DNA of 64,000 nucleotides from an uncultured Eubacteriales bacterium (GTDB lineage: Bacteria > Bacillota > Clostridia > Christensenellales > UBA1242): positions 5,240 through 69,239 of the forward strand of contig CARUPR010000008.1 of assembly GCA_949077035.1 (NCBI GenBank). The letters run 5' to 3'. A program made the translations under genes and the position numbers. Below the pieces are notes generated by a model that worked only from the letters and a program-made list of their open reading frames with translations, made no database searches and had not been told where the DNA came from. Below are positions 9,438 to 18,886 of this stretch, one piece after another. Position 1 is the first letter of the stretch. Every line of letters begins with the position of its first letter.

Positions 9438-10793
9438 TTATTTTATCATTTCTTCTTCATGGCTGATATATGTCTCATCTTTTAAAGTTTCAATCTCATC
9501 ACAATAGCTTTTTTCACTTTTAACTTTGTTGTGAAGTTCAACATCGGCAGTGTATATATCCTTTGCAAATTTTTCATTCCATGCAAAATGATTGCTGTCA
9601 TAGATGACTTGCCCATGGGCCTTTACATCTGCTCCTTCAATATCTCTAGCATAAAAATAATTCCATTTTAAGTTTTTGCTGTCAATTATGATTTGACCTA
9701 GGCCTTTGATATCGGCATCTTTGATATGCTTTGCAAAATAATAGCACCATTCAGGGGATTTTGAATCTTTTATTATCTGTTCATGTAATTTTATATCTGC
9801 ACCTTTAATGTCTTTTGCATATAAAAAATTGACTTTTATATCTTTGCTTTTGGCGATTTTTCTTCCATGGGCTTCTATATCTGCACCTTTAATAGAGCTT
9901 GCAAAAATATAGTTCCATTTTGGGTCATTGTTGTTTAATACCACTTTTTCATGGGCATATATATCTGCTATCTTTATATTTTGGGCAAAGAGGGTGTTGA
10001 TAGAAGGGTCATTTGTTTCAATAACAACTTGTTCATGCTTTTTAAAATGAGCCCTTGTTTTGAATATTTGGGCAAACAGGTAGTTGTAATAAGGGTCTTT
10101 GCTGTCTACAATTGCTTGAGATAGCGCTTTGATATCTGCATTTTTGACATTTGTTGCAAATTGATAAATTGCTTTAAGGTCATTGCTTTCAATAACTTTT
10201 TGCATAAAAAGTTCTTTATCGGCACCAGGAATTTCATTTGCAAAAGAAATAATCCAATCTAAATTATTGCTTTCAACAACAGCTTGTTGATGAGCTTTTA
10301 TGTCACAACCTTTGATATTCTTTGCTGCTAAAAAGTTGTAATATACATCTTTGTTTTCGATTATAACATTGCAGTGAGCGATTTTGTCGCTGCCTTCAGT
10401 CATGAGGGCGAAATCGTAATTATTTTTAATATCTTTGTTTTCAATTATGACCTTTCCATGAGCCTTGATATCAGCACCTGGAATAGTTTGGGCAAACATA
10501 ATATTCCATTCATCATTTTTGCTGTCAATGATAACCTTTCCATGTGCTTTGTCATCGGCACCAATCACATTTTTTGCTGCTAAGACATTAAAAAGGCAAT
10601 CTTTGCTATCTATAATGACTTGAAGATGTTTTGCTTTATCAGCAAAAGGTATATTCATGACAAATTGATAGCATAGTTTTGGGTCTTTTGAATTTAAAAT
10701 TTGATATTCAATATCATATACCTCATCACACTTGCCATATCTTTCATATAGTTTTTTTGCTTTTTGAACTAAATTCTCATTATTGTCTATCAT
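9438..10793 (-). CDS. tandem 28-residue-repeat protein (about 14 repeats), unknown function
   Basis: Repeat unit H-x3-(V/I)(I/V)-x-S-K-(D/N)-x2-W-N-Y-x-F-A-x2-I-x-G-A-D-I-K-A recurs through most of the 451 aa. No signal peptide. Confidence 0.75.
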   Translation of the reverse strand: MIDNNENLVQKAKKLYERYGKCDEVYDIEYQILNSKDPKLCYQFVMNIPFADKAKHLQVIIDSKDCLFNVLAAKNVIGADDKAHGKVIIDSKNDEWNIMFAQTIPGADIKAHGKVIIENKDIKNNYDFALMTEGSDKIAHCNVIIENKDVYYNFLAAKNIKGCDIKAHQQAVVESNNLDWIISFANEIPGADKELFMQKVIESNDLKAIYQFATNVKNADIKALSQAIVDSKDPYYNYLFAQIFKTRAHFKKHEQVVIETNDPSINTLFAQNIKIADIYAHEKVVLNNNDPKWNYIFASSIKGADIEAHGRKIAKSKDIKVNFLYAKDIKGADIKLHEQIIKDSKSPEWCYYFAKHIKDADIKGLGQIIIDSKNLKWNYFYARDIEGADVKAHGQVIYDSNHFAWNEKFAKDIYTADVELHNKVKSEKSYCDEIETLKDETYISHEEEMIK

Positions 10794-10831
10794 GTATCTA
10801 CCTTTTATTTATATTTAAAGCTCGGTTAAAA

Positions 10832-11788
10832 TTATAGCTCGGTTTCTTCTTCCTTTCTTTCTGCAACTTTTTCTCTGACCAATTTAAATTGATTCATATG
10901 ATAATAATCATTATTTTCTTTTATTACATTATAGTGGCCATCAATATCTGCACCATCAACTTCTAAAGCGAAATGAAAGTTTAAATAAGAATCATTTGAT
11001 TCCTGGACAACTTTTCCATGAGCCAAAATGTCAGCATCAGGAATATTTTTTGCAAACCACAAACTGATTCGCGGATTTTTGCTGTTTAAGACTTTTTCTT
11101 CAAGCAATTTGACATTTGCGCCAGGTATTTTTGCGAAGAAACACATATATTCCAAATCATTCGACTTGATAATTGCATCTTGAAGAAGGTTTATATCAGC
11201 ACCTTTTACATGAAGGGCAAACAGGTAGATATATTTAGGATTTTTTGCATTTATGACAACATTGCAAAGGGCATTTATATCAGCACCTTTTACATGAGCC
11301 GCAAATTCATAACAAAATTCACTATTTTTGCTTTCCAGCATCACTTGCTCATGAAGTTTTACATCGCAGCCTTTGATATCTCTGGCAAATGCAAAGTTGT
11401 AATATAAATCTTTGCTTTCAAAGACAACCTTGCCATGAGCTTGCGCATCTGCTTTTGGAAAAGCTTTTGCAAATTTATAATTCCATGTTGCATCTTTGCT
11501 TTGAAGGACAACTTGAGCATAGTCATCGATGTCATCAATTGGCAAACTATATGCAAGCAGGGTGTTTGCTTCAGGATTTCCACTTTCTAAAACAACTTGT
11601 TTATGCTTGCTTAGCACTTCAGGCTCTTTTAATAATTCTGCATATGTGAAAATGTTTATAAAATTAAAACTTAACATTGCATCATTAAATTCAAGCACTT
11701 TATCGCTAAGATTTTTTAATATTTTGCACATTCCAAATTTTTTATAAACAAATTTTGAATATTTTAATAATTTTTCTTGTTTATTCAT
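10832..11788 (-). CDS. paralogous 28-residue-repeat protein
   Basis: Same repeat unit (e.g. AHGKVVFESKDLYYNFAFARDIKGCDVKL) and a similar N-terminal head as the neighbour. Confidence 0.75.
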   Translation of the reverse strand: MNKQEKLLKYSKFVYKKFGMCKILKNLSDKVLEFNDAMLSFNFINIFTYAELLKEPEVLSKHKQVVLESGNPEANTLLAYSLPIDDIDDYAQVVLQSKDATWNYKFAKAFPKADAQAHGKVVFESKDLYYNFAFARDIKGCDVKLHEQVMLESKNSEFCYEFAAHVKGADINALCNVVINAKNPKYIYLFALHVKGADINLLQDAIIKSNDLEYMCFFAKIPGANVKLLEEKVLNSKNPRISLWFAKNIPDADILAHGKVVQESNDSYLNFHFALEVDGADIDGHYNVIKENNDYYHMNQFKLVREKVAERKEEETEL

Positions 11789-11989
11789 ATTTCCTCTCTT
11801 TCAATAAGTTTACTATATTTATTATGATTTGTCAATATTGATTTGTTTTTTAATCAATTTATACGACTTTGTTTTTTCATTTTTTTGGTGTAAATATTCA
11901 TTTTTTTGGTGGCAATTATTGTGTTTGTTTTCTTTTTGAAATCTAAAGACAATATTGCTTTTCGTCGAAAATTTTGTTATAATATCAAT

Positions 11990-12526
11990 ATGCAATTTAT
12001 AATATCACAAATTTTAGGTGGAATTGCCTTAATTCTTGTTGGAATTTCTTATTTTTGCAATAAGAAAACTTTTTTGCTTCTTCATACTTTTGCAAATATA
12101 TTTTACGGGGCAGGTTTTGTTGTTTCCCTTTCTTTTGTTGCCGGAATAAACACTTTTATAAGCACTTTGAGGACGATTGTATTCTTTTTTTATGAAAGAA
12201 AAGGGAAAAATATCCCATATTATTATATTTTGATTTTTTCAATAATGTATATTCTGGTTGGCGCGCTTCTCTACAAATCACCATGGGATATCTTGACAAC
12301 AATTTCACCAATTATGTTTACTGCTGCCATGACCCTTAGAAAGATGATTACCGTAAATTTTGTGATGTTGTTGCCAAACCTTATGCTTTTTACCTTCTGT
12401 ATTTGCAATGCCTTTTATACTTCTTGCATTTTGGATGCGATAGAATCGATTATTATCATTGTTGCAATTGTCACATATTTTGTGAGAAAATATCGTGAGA
12501 AGAAGGAAATTTATAAGCTTATTTAA
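11990..12526 (+). CDS. polytopic membrane protein (possibly YgjV-like)
   Basis: Multiple hydrophobic helices. I prefer the in-frame ATG at 11990 (MQFIISQILGG...) over the TTG at 11906. TGTTATAAT lies just upstream, and there is no clear SD. Confidence 0.5.
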   Translation: MQFIISQILGGIALILVGISYFCNKKTFLLLHTFANIFYGAGFVVSLSFVAGINTFISTLRTIVFFFYERKGKNIPYYYILIFSIMYILVGALLYKSPWDILTTISPIMFTAAMTLRKMITVNFVMLLPNLMLFTFCICNAFYTSCILDAIESIIIIVAIVTYFVRKYREKKEIYKLI

Positions 12527-12532
12527 ATTGTC

Positions 12533-12566
12533 AAAAAAAATACAGAAGATTATTCTGTATTTTTAG
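12533..12566 (+). terminator. intrinsic terminator
   Basis: A-run, stem tacagaa/ttctgta with loop gatta, then a T-run. Confidence 0.65.
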
Positions 12567-12668
12567 TTTTTAAAAAGTTTGTTGATGAAACTGGACTTAT
12601 TTTAAATTTTATTGGCAAAAAGGACTTAAAATTTATAAATTATTGAAAGATTTTGAAAGAGGACGATT

Positions 12669-13850
12669 TTATAAAAGCTCACTTTCAAATTTTGTCATTG
12701 CATCTTCAAAGGTTGTCTTTAAGATTAAGTCATTATCTTTTGGTCCTTCAATTGGATAAGAGATAAAACCATCATCATTATAAAAACCTTCTGGGTCTAT
12801 GAAAATAATTTGCAAGCCTGCCGCTCTTGCCTGTTTTTGCACCTGACGTCTGTCTGCGTGTGTGCCAATGCAGATAAGCGATTTTGCCCTTTTATCAAAT
12901 TCAATTTGTTGGATATAGGTGTTTATATCATATGTTCTTAAAATAATCTCTGGTATATCAAAGCGCTTTACAAGTCTATCAAAGTTATTGTTGTAAACAG
13001 TGCCTACAAACAAACCCTTTTTATATAATCTGTCAAAGGTTTTATATCCCTCTGTATGTTGTGCTTGCAAACACTTTTTTGGAGTTTGAGAAAATTTTAT
13101 GTATGATGCGATTGGGTCTTTTATAAGTTTTTCCATTAAATCATCGTCATCCGCATAATAGAATTTCTTAGATAGGTGGTTTTGCACTCTGTAAGTTTCA
13201 TGCATTTCATAGAGAGGGTCAATCCCTGCCGCGATAGATGGACCGCAGCCCATTTCAACTTGTGCAGGAAGATACTTTTTGATTTCATCGATGTCTGAGA
13301 TGTATTTTGGGTTTTCTCTTTTGTTTGGGATTCTAAACAATTTTGTTGAATGTTTCCACATACGCTCATAATGAGCTTGATAGTCAAAGCCATCTGTGAC
13401 AGCAATGACATCAACAGAGTTATAATTGTCAGGGAAGGAAGCTTTGCAAAGTTCATTTTTAGGGTGGTTGTCAAACTTTTCGATTATGATTTTCAAGTTT
13501 TCTTTCATCCATGTTTTGTCGTCAAACTTTGTAAATGAATTTTTCTTCAATGCTTTTAAAATTCTGTTTAGATATCTTTCATTTTCCTCTTTTGGCATTG
13601 TGTTTGAAACAATCATGTAAGCATATTTCATGGCAAGATTGTCATTTTCATTTATGTAAGTGTTGTAAAAATGAATATATCTTCTTCTTTGAGTTGTTTC
13701 ATTTTCATAGCCTGACTGGTTTGCATTTTCAGGTCTTTGATTTCTAAACCACATTCCTTCAAAATGAAATTCGCCATTTTCTTCAGCAAAATATTTGTTG
13801 AAGGTTTCGCTTTCATTTATGTTGAATTTAAATATTTTTAATGGAAACAT
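12669..13850 (-). CDS. SIR2-like (DHS-like NAD-binding fold) protein with an unknown N-terminal domain
   Basis: The C-terminal half carries sirtuin-order motifs: GCGPSIAAGI (compare GAGISxxxGI), NNNFD (compare TQNID), ICIGTH (compare xxGTS) and FIDPE (compare xxNxE). There is no zinc ribbon, and Tyr stands where the catalytic His is expected. Confidence 0.55.
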   Translation of the reverse strand: MFPLKIFKFNINESETFNKYFAEENGEFHFEGMWFRNQRPENANQSGYENETTQRRRYIHFYNTYINENDNLAMKYAYMIVSNTMPKEENERYLNRILKALKKNSFTKFDDKTWMKENLKIIIEKFDNHPKNELCKASFPDNYNSVDVIAVTDGFDYQAHYERMWKHSTKLFRIPNKRENPKYISDIDEIKKYLPAQVEMGCGPSIAAGIDPLYEMHETYRVQNHLSKKFYYADDDDLMEKLIKDPIASYIKFSQTPKKCLQAQHTEGYKTFDRLYKKGLFVGTVYNNNFDRLVKRFDIPEIILRTYDINTYIQQIEFDKRAKSLICIGTHADRRQVQKQARAAGLQIIFIDPEGFYNDDGFISYPIEGPKDNDLILKTTFEDAMTKFESELL

Positions 13851-13972
13851 TTTTTTACCTCTTTTTTTAGTTTTGTAGTTTTAATTTATAAGATTATTTA
13901 ATTAATTTTCATCAATAGGTTGTTTATAAGTTTTAATCGAAAGGGCTTAAAATAAATTAAATCAATCAGCTT

Positions 13973-14776
13973 TTATTTGTTTTGATTTTTGCAATTTTTT
14001 ATCATTTCTTCAAGTTGGCAGGCCTGTTTATAAACTTCTGCCAAAACTTCAGTTCTGTCTTCATTTCCGCGTTTAGCCATAAATATTTCATAGTCCAAAA
14101 CTAGTTCGTTTGGCACTTTTGCAAGTTTTTCAGCAAGTTTTTGCCAGTCTATTGTGCCATATTTATTTAATGTATGCTCATCATCTTTGCCAGAATTATC
14201 ATGAAGATGTAGGCAGATAATTTTGTCGCCATAATCTTTAAAATAGTCAAATTCTGGGTCAACAAAATTGTTGTGACCGCTATCATAACAAATTTTCATA
14301 TAAGGATGTTCAATCTCTTTAAAAATTGCTTTGAAGGTGTCTGGGTCATCAATGTTTTCAATTGCAAGAGGGATGTTTTTCTTTTGACAAAACTTGAGCA
14401 CTCTCTTGATTCTTTCAAAGCCTATTTCTCTTGAAGGCTCTTTGCAAAATAGGTGAACAACCACGCAGGAACAATGATATTTTTTTGCAAGGGCGACATC
14501 CCTTTTTAAATCTCTTTCCATTCTCTTCCCAATTTTTCCATCGATAAAGAATTCGGGAAGTTCATCATTTGTATATCTCATGTGAAGTGAAGAATTTAAA
14601 AGATTATATTTTTTAAAATTTTTCATTTGATTTCTAATTGAGCCATTTTGTTTTTTACGATTTTTATTGGCTATTGTAATCACGCAATCAAAGCCGGCAT
14701 CCTTTATCAATTTTACACGCTCTTCATGAGAATTTTCATCATTATATCCGAAATAAAAACTTATACCTTTTTTCAT
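13973..14776 (-). CDS. xylose-isomerase-like TIM-barrel (sugar phosphate isomerase/epimerase family) protein
   Basis: Motifs VVVHL, LAIENI, CYDSGHNN and LHLHDNSGKDDEHTLNKYGTIDW, typical of the AP_endonuc_2 / TIM-barrel family. Confidence 0.75.
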   Translation of the reverse strand: MKKGISFYFGYNDENSHEERVKLIKDAGFDCVITIANKNRKKQNGSIRNQMKNFKKYNLLNSSLHMRYTNDELPEFFIDGKIGKRMERDLKRDVALAKKYHCSCVVVHLFCKEPSREIGFERIKRVLKFCQKKNIPLAIENIDDPDTFKAIFKEIEHPYMKICYDSGHNNFVDPEFDYFKDYGDKIICLHLHDNSGKDDEHTLNKYGTIDWQKLAEKLAKVPNELVLDYEIFMAKRGNEDRTEVLAEVYKQACQLEEMIKNCKNQNK

Positions 14777-15507
14777 AATTTTCTCCTAAGTATTTCTACT
14801 GCTTCTTTATATAAAGCTTTGTCCTCTTCATTTAAATATTTTGAAAAGGTGTCATAAATAGCATCAAGATAGTTGTTGTTTAAAACGTCCTTTCTTAAAA
14901 AATCAAAAGTTATGTTGTAAGCGCAAGAGGTGAGTATAAGACTTCTATCAAGTTTGGTTTGCGGTGAGTAATAATATATTGGTTGCAAACTAATAAACTT
15001 GTCATATATTTCTTTTGTGAAACCATCTTTATCAATAAAAATTTGCTGGGCACCATTTGCTGTGGTAATTACATTTGAAAAAGAATCAGCATTTTTTACT
15101 ATCTCAACAAATTTTAGGACATCTTCATTTTCGCCATTATAAGGTTTATTATGATATTTTGCAGTTTCGCAAAGGATATCAAACTGGGTTTCGTCTAAAT
15201 ATAATGTTTGACCATCCCAAGTCTTTAAAACTTCGTATGAAAGGTCGCCATGGTCAGCACTGTTATTGTCATTGTAAGTTTGATATTTTTTCCATTGTTC
15301 AAATCTGCCAACATCATGCAATAGACCAACTAAATAGGCAAAAATTCTATCCTTTTGGCAAAGTTTAAGCTTACAGGCAATCTTAAAAGAGGTGGTTGCG
15401 ACATCAAAGCTGTGGATAATTTTTCTGAGAATGTTTGTATTTGAAGTGTCATATTTTGAAATAAAATTCCAAAATATCTTGTTATATTCTTGAATATATT
15501 GAATCAT
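14773..15507 (-). CDS. HD-domain metal-dependent phosphohydrolase
   Basis: H...LLHDVGRFEQ...DH pattern. 4-nt overlap with the downstream TIM-barrel gene indicates an operon. Confidence 0.75.
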   Translation of the reverse strand: MIQYIQEYNKIFWNFISKYDTSNTNILRKIIHSFDVATTSFKIACKLKLCQKDRIFAYLVGLLHDVGRFEQWKKYQTYNDNNSADHGDLSYEVLKTWDGQTLYLDETQFDILCETAKYHNKPYNGENEDVLKFVEIVKNADSFSNVITTANGAQQIFIDKDGFTKEIYDKFISLQPIYYYSPQTKLDRSLILTSCAYNITFDFLRKDVLNNNYLDAIYDTFSKYLNEEDKALYKEAVEILRRKL

Positions 15508-15574
15508 TTTTATCCTTTTATTTTGTTATCTCTATGATAATTTATATTCAAAAAAAAGTCAAATTAATTTAAAC

Positions 15575-15607
15575 AAAAAAGACATATCATTTTGATATGC
15601 TTTTTTT
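15575..15607 (-). terminator. intrinsic terminator (GCATATC-stem family)
   Basis: aaaaaagacatatca-ttt-tgatatgcttttttt, downstream of 15655..16344. Confidence 0.6.
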
Positions 15608-15654
15608 ATTAAGATATGAATGATTTAATCAAAGAGGTTGTTTTATGAATTCTA

Positions 15655-16344
15655 TTATTCCAAAATATTTTCAATATCTTTGTTGTATTTCAATTCCATT
15701 TTTAACTTTTGATTTAAGATATTATCAACTGCTTTTGAAATGTTGTTTTTAAACATCCCCCAAAAAATATCTTGCCAGTTGTAATTGCAGAAATTGATAT
15801 TATTGCTGATAAGACCACTATTCAAGAGGTTGATTTCCTTGTTTTGGATAAACATATCTGAAGCATTGTATTCACCGCGTGCAAAATTATTTTTATGTCC
15901 AAAAGTCATTTGTCTGTCAGAGCCAACTTGAAAACCAATTTCAAATTCTTTCAAATATGCGATGTCATCAGGACCATATGGGTCGATATCGCAATAACAA
16001 ACTTCGTTTTTAATTGTGTTTGTAATAAGAGTAATTTCTTCATCTGGGTAAATTGATTTCAATTCATTCAACATTTCAGTAATAAGTGATTGCAAAGGAA
16101 CATTGAAATATCTGCTTTTTTTGTTTAAAATTTCATCAATTTTCTTAATTTTTGCCTCAGCTTTTTCAATTTCGCTATTTATTTCCTGCACTTTTTCAAT
16201 ATCAATAGGCTGGTTGATGTATTTTTGATTGTTAAGTTGATGACTTAAAAGGTATACTGTAATACCACAGTTGTTTTTCTGAGTAATTAATTCCTTATAT
16301 TTTTCAACTGCCTCTTCAATTTTTTGGTTTGTTTCAAATTTCAT
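15655..16344 (-). CDS. coiled-coil paralog family protein 1 of 3, unknown function
   Basis: Shares architecture and the C-terminal motif (W)Q(D/E)xFWG(I/M)FK(S/N)NI(E/S)K with the next two genes. Confidence 0.7.
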   Translation of the reverse strand: MKFETNQKIEEAVEKYKELITQKNNCGITVYLLSHQLNNQKYINQPIDIEKVQEINSEIEKAEAKIKKIDEILNKKSRYFNVPLQSLITEMLNELKSIYPDEEITLITNTIKNEVCYCDIDPYGPDDIAYLKEFEIGFQVGSDRQMTFGHKNNFARGEYNASDMFIQNKEINLLNSGLISNNINFCNYNWQDIFWGMFKNNISKAVDNILNQKLKMELKYNKDIENILE

Positions 16345-16414
16345 ATTTTACCTCTCATTAATTATTTATACTTTACCATATAAATTTGATAAATTTTATT
16401 TTTTAAATTTAATA

Positions 16415-17110
16415 TTAGTTGAATAATTCGTTTAAGTTTTCTTTATATTTTTCATCCAATGATTTCATTGCTGCTTTATGTTTTTGAGAAAGTTCTTCAA
16501 CCTCTTTTTCAATGTTGGATTTAAATATTCCCCAGAAATAATCCTGTAATTCTTGACAATCAAAGTCTTCTTTATTGTTGATAAGCCCAATTTCGATAAG
16601 ATTTATTTTTTCATCTCTAAGAATCATATCAAAAGCATTATATAAAGGGCTTTGTGTTGTCCTTTGAATTTTGAAAGTCATTTCTTTCTTGCCAACATTG
16701 ACGCCAAATTTAAATTCATTGCAATAGTAGGTGTCGCCAGGGCCATAGAAGTCATCGGCAGTTTTGAAAGATTTTAAAATTTTTGTATCAAAAATTTCAT
16801 AAACTTTTTTGTCAGGGTATTTTGTTGCCATTATCAAAGCCATATCTTTCAAAAGTTCTTTTACAGAAATGTTGAAAAAACGACTTTTCTTATCTAGCAA
16901 ATCTTCAATTTTTTTAATATCCTTAATATTTTTATTGATTTTGCTATTAAGTTCTTTAATTTCAGCATCTGTCAATTTTGTGAATCTAGCACCAGCAAGT
17001 GTATAATCTAAATGGTCTTTATTTTCTTTATAGCTGTCTAATTTGTTAAATAAATCTTTATATTTTTCAACTATATTTTCTATTTGTTGATTTTTAGATG
17101 TTTCTTTCAT
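16415..17110 (-). CDS. coiled-coil paralog family protein 2 of 3
   Basis: Start moved to the ATG at 17110 (MKETSKNQQIENIV...), which follows GAGGAA and matches the start of paralog 3. Confidence 0.7.
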   Translation of the reverse strand: MKETSKNQQIENIVEKYKDLFNKLDSYKENKDHLDYTLAGARFTKLTDAEIKELNSKINKNIKDIKKIEDLLDKKSRFFNISVKELLKDMALIMATKYPDKKVYEIFDTKILKSFKTADDFYGPGDTYYCNEFKFGVNVGKKEMTFKIQRTTQSPLYNAFDMILRDEKINLIEIGLINNKEDFDCQELQDYFWGIFKSNIEKEVEELSQKHKAAMKSLDEKYKENLNELFN

Positions 17111-17249
17111 AATTTTCCTCATATAATTTTTTATAATTTGGTTTAAAATAGTGGTGAATATTATTTTTAAATATTATTTCTAATTAAGAAATAATTTTAA
17201 TTTTATTTTTTATCGTTTAAGCGTGTGATAGATGACTTTTAGCTTTCAA

Positions 17250-17930
17250 TTATAATAATATGTCGTTTATCATTTCTTCATATTTTTTTTCTAATGATTG
17301 AATTTTTGCATTACGTTTTTCTGTAAGTTTTTTAATGTCTTTTTCAATGTTGCTCTTAAATATTCCCCAGAAATAATCTTGGTATTCTTGACTTGCAAAA
17401 TCTTCTTTATTGTTGATAAGTCCTGTTTTTAGGAGGTTTATTTTTATATCTTTAAGGATGGCATCACCAGCACCATACAGATAATCCTCCACTGTCTTTT
17501 GCACTATGAAAGTGATTTGTTTACCGTCTACTTGAACCCCAAACTCAAATTCCTTGCGATATAATTTCTGGTCATAGCTATTATAAAATTCTTCACATGA
17601 AACAGTGTTATAAATTTGACGAATTTTGCTATCTAGTTTATTTTGTGTCAAAGTTTTTGTAATAAAGTGAAGAAGTTTGCTTATAGGGACTTCAAAATAA
17701 TGGCTTTTATTTTTCAACAATTTTTCTATTTTTTCAATATTTTCAATATTTTTCTTAATTTTGTCATTAAGGTCTTTAATTTCATCCTTAGTCAAAGAAA
17801 TTAGTTTGTTGCCATCAAGCATATAATTTAAAAGGTCTTTAAGTTCTTTATAGCTGTCTAATTTATTTAAAATATCCTTATAATTTTCAACTATATTTTC
17901 TATTTGTTGATTTTTAGTTGTTTCTTTCAT
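17250..17930 (-). CDS. coiled-coil paralog family protein 3 of 3
   Basis: The N-terminus MKETTKNQQIENIVENYKD is near-identical to paralog 2 at protein and DNA level. C-terminal YFWGIFKSNIEKD motif. Confidence 0.7.
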   Translation of the reverse strand: MKETTKNQQIENIVENYKDILNKLDSYKELKDLLNYMLDGNKLISLTKDEIKDLNDKIKKNIENIEKIEKLLKNKSHYFEVPISKLLHFITKTLTQNKLDSKIRQIYNTVSCEEFYNSYDQKLYRKEFEFGVQVDGKQITFIVQKTVEDYLYGAGDAILKDIKINLLKTGLINNKEDFASQEYQDYFWGIFKSNIEKDIKKLTEKRNAKIQSLEKKYEEMINDILL

Positions 17931-18089
17931 AAATTACCCCTTATAATTTTAAATTTTCGTTTATAATATTTTACCCTATGCAAGGGTAAAAGTCAATAGC
18001 AATATTTAAATATAATAAACATTTATTTGGTAAATGAAAAATGGATTAATTTCAAATTTTTTTCTTCTGAAGTTTAATAAAGATATTAC

Positions 18090-18122
18090 AAAAAAGAGCA
18101 TATCAGATGATATGCTCTTTAA
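18090..18122 (-). terminator. intrinsic terminator (GCATATC-stem family)
   Basis: aaaaaagagcatatc...gatatgctcttt, downstream of the lipoprotein gene. Confidence 0.6.
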
Positions 18123-18144
18123 TTTCTTTTATGCAAGTTTGTTT

Positions 18145-18867
18145 TTAAATTGATAAGTCCACTTTTTCAAAATTGAATGTTTGAATGGCAGGGGCATCTG
18201 TTATAACCGGAGTGGTTTCGATATCAGGTCTTGCTCCTGGCATAGCATAAATTCCCATGGTAAAAGAATTTTCGGTGATGTTTGTCAGTTTGAAATATTT
18301 TTCTGCTGCAGCCATGGTTATAATTTCCCAGCTTTCAGTTTGCTTATTAAACTCTCTTAAATATATTGTGATATGAGATGCAAATTCGTTGCTTTCAAAA
18401 TGCATATTGTCGCTATAAATGCCAATTTGCATTATGTTGTTTTTAAACATTATTCCATAATAAACATCTTCGGTTTCTTCGCTGACTGGCTTGATAGATT
18501 TGTATGTTATTGTTGCGTTTGCATCTAAAGGATAGGCTGGTATTGCTTTTATGGTGTAAGCAATTTTTAGGGTATAAATTTGGTCGGTTTGATTGTCGAT
18601 GTAGGAAAGGACCATGTTGCGAGTACCTTCTGTTTCGCTTGAAAATCCGGTTATCATTTCCTCTTCAATCGCAATATGTATTGTGTTTTTGTCTTTTGTA
18701 TACTCAATAATTCCGCCTGTTACATCAAGGTTTTCGCCAACATAATATTCGGTTTTGAAAGTTGAAATTATCTTGATACCTTCAGGCTTTCCGCCGCAAG
18801 CAAATAATGTGACCATAGAACATAATATTAGTGCAGGCAAGATTAAAAACTTTGTAAATTTTTTCAT
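18145..18867 (-). CDS. lipoprotein, unknown function
   Basis: Signal peptide MKKFTKFLILPALILCSMVTLFAC with lipobox LFAC. SD AAAGGAG. Driven by a C9-tract promoter. Confidence 0.8.
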   Translation of the reverse strand: MKKFTKFLILPALILCSMVTLFACGGKPEGIKIISTFKTEYYVGENLDVTGGIIEYTKDKNTIHIAIEEEMITGFSSETEGTRNMVLSYIDNQTDQIYTLKIAYTIKAIPAYPLDANATITYKSIKPVSEETEDVYYGIMFKNNIMQIGIYSDNMHFESNEFASHITIYLREFNKQTESWEIITMAAAEKYFKLTNITENSFTMGIYAMPGARPDIETTPVITDAPAIQTFNFEKVDLSI

Positions 18868-18886
18868 AATAACTCCTTTTATCTTT

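Noticed and set aside
11906-11989. TTG-initiated 28-codon extension of the membrane protein
   Set aside because: It is low-complexity and contains a TGTTATAAT promoter-like box just before the in-frame ATG at 11990. The extension is not excluded, but the shorter form is preferred.
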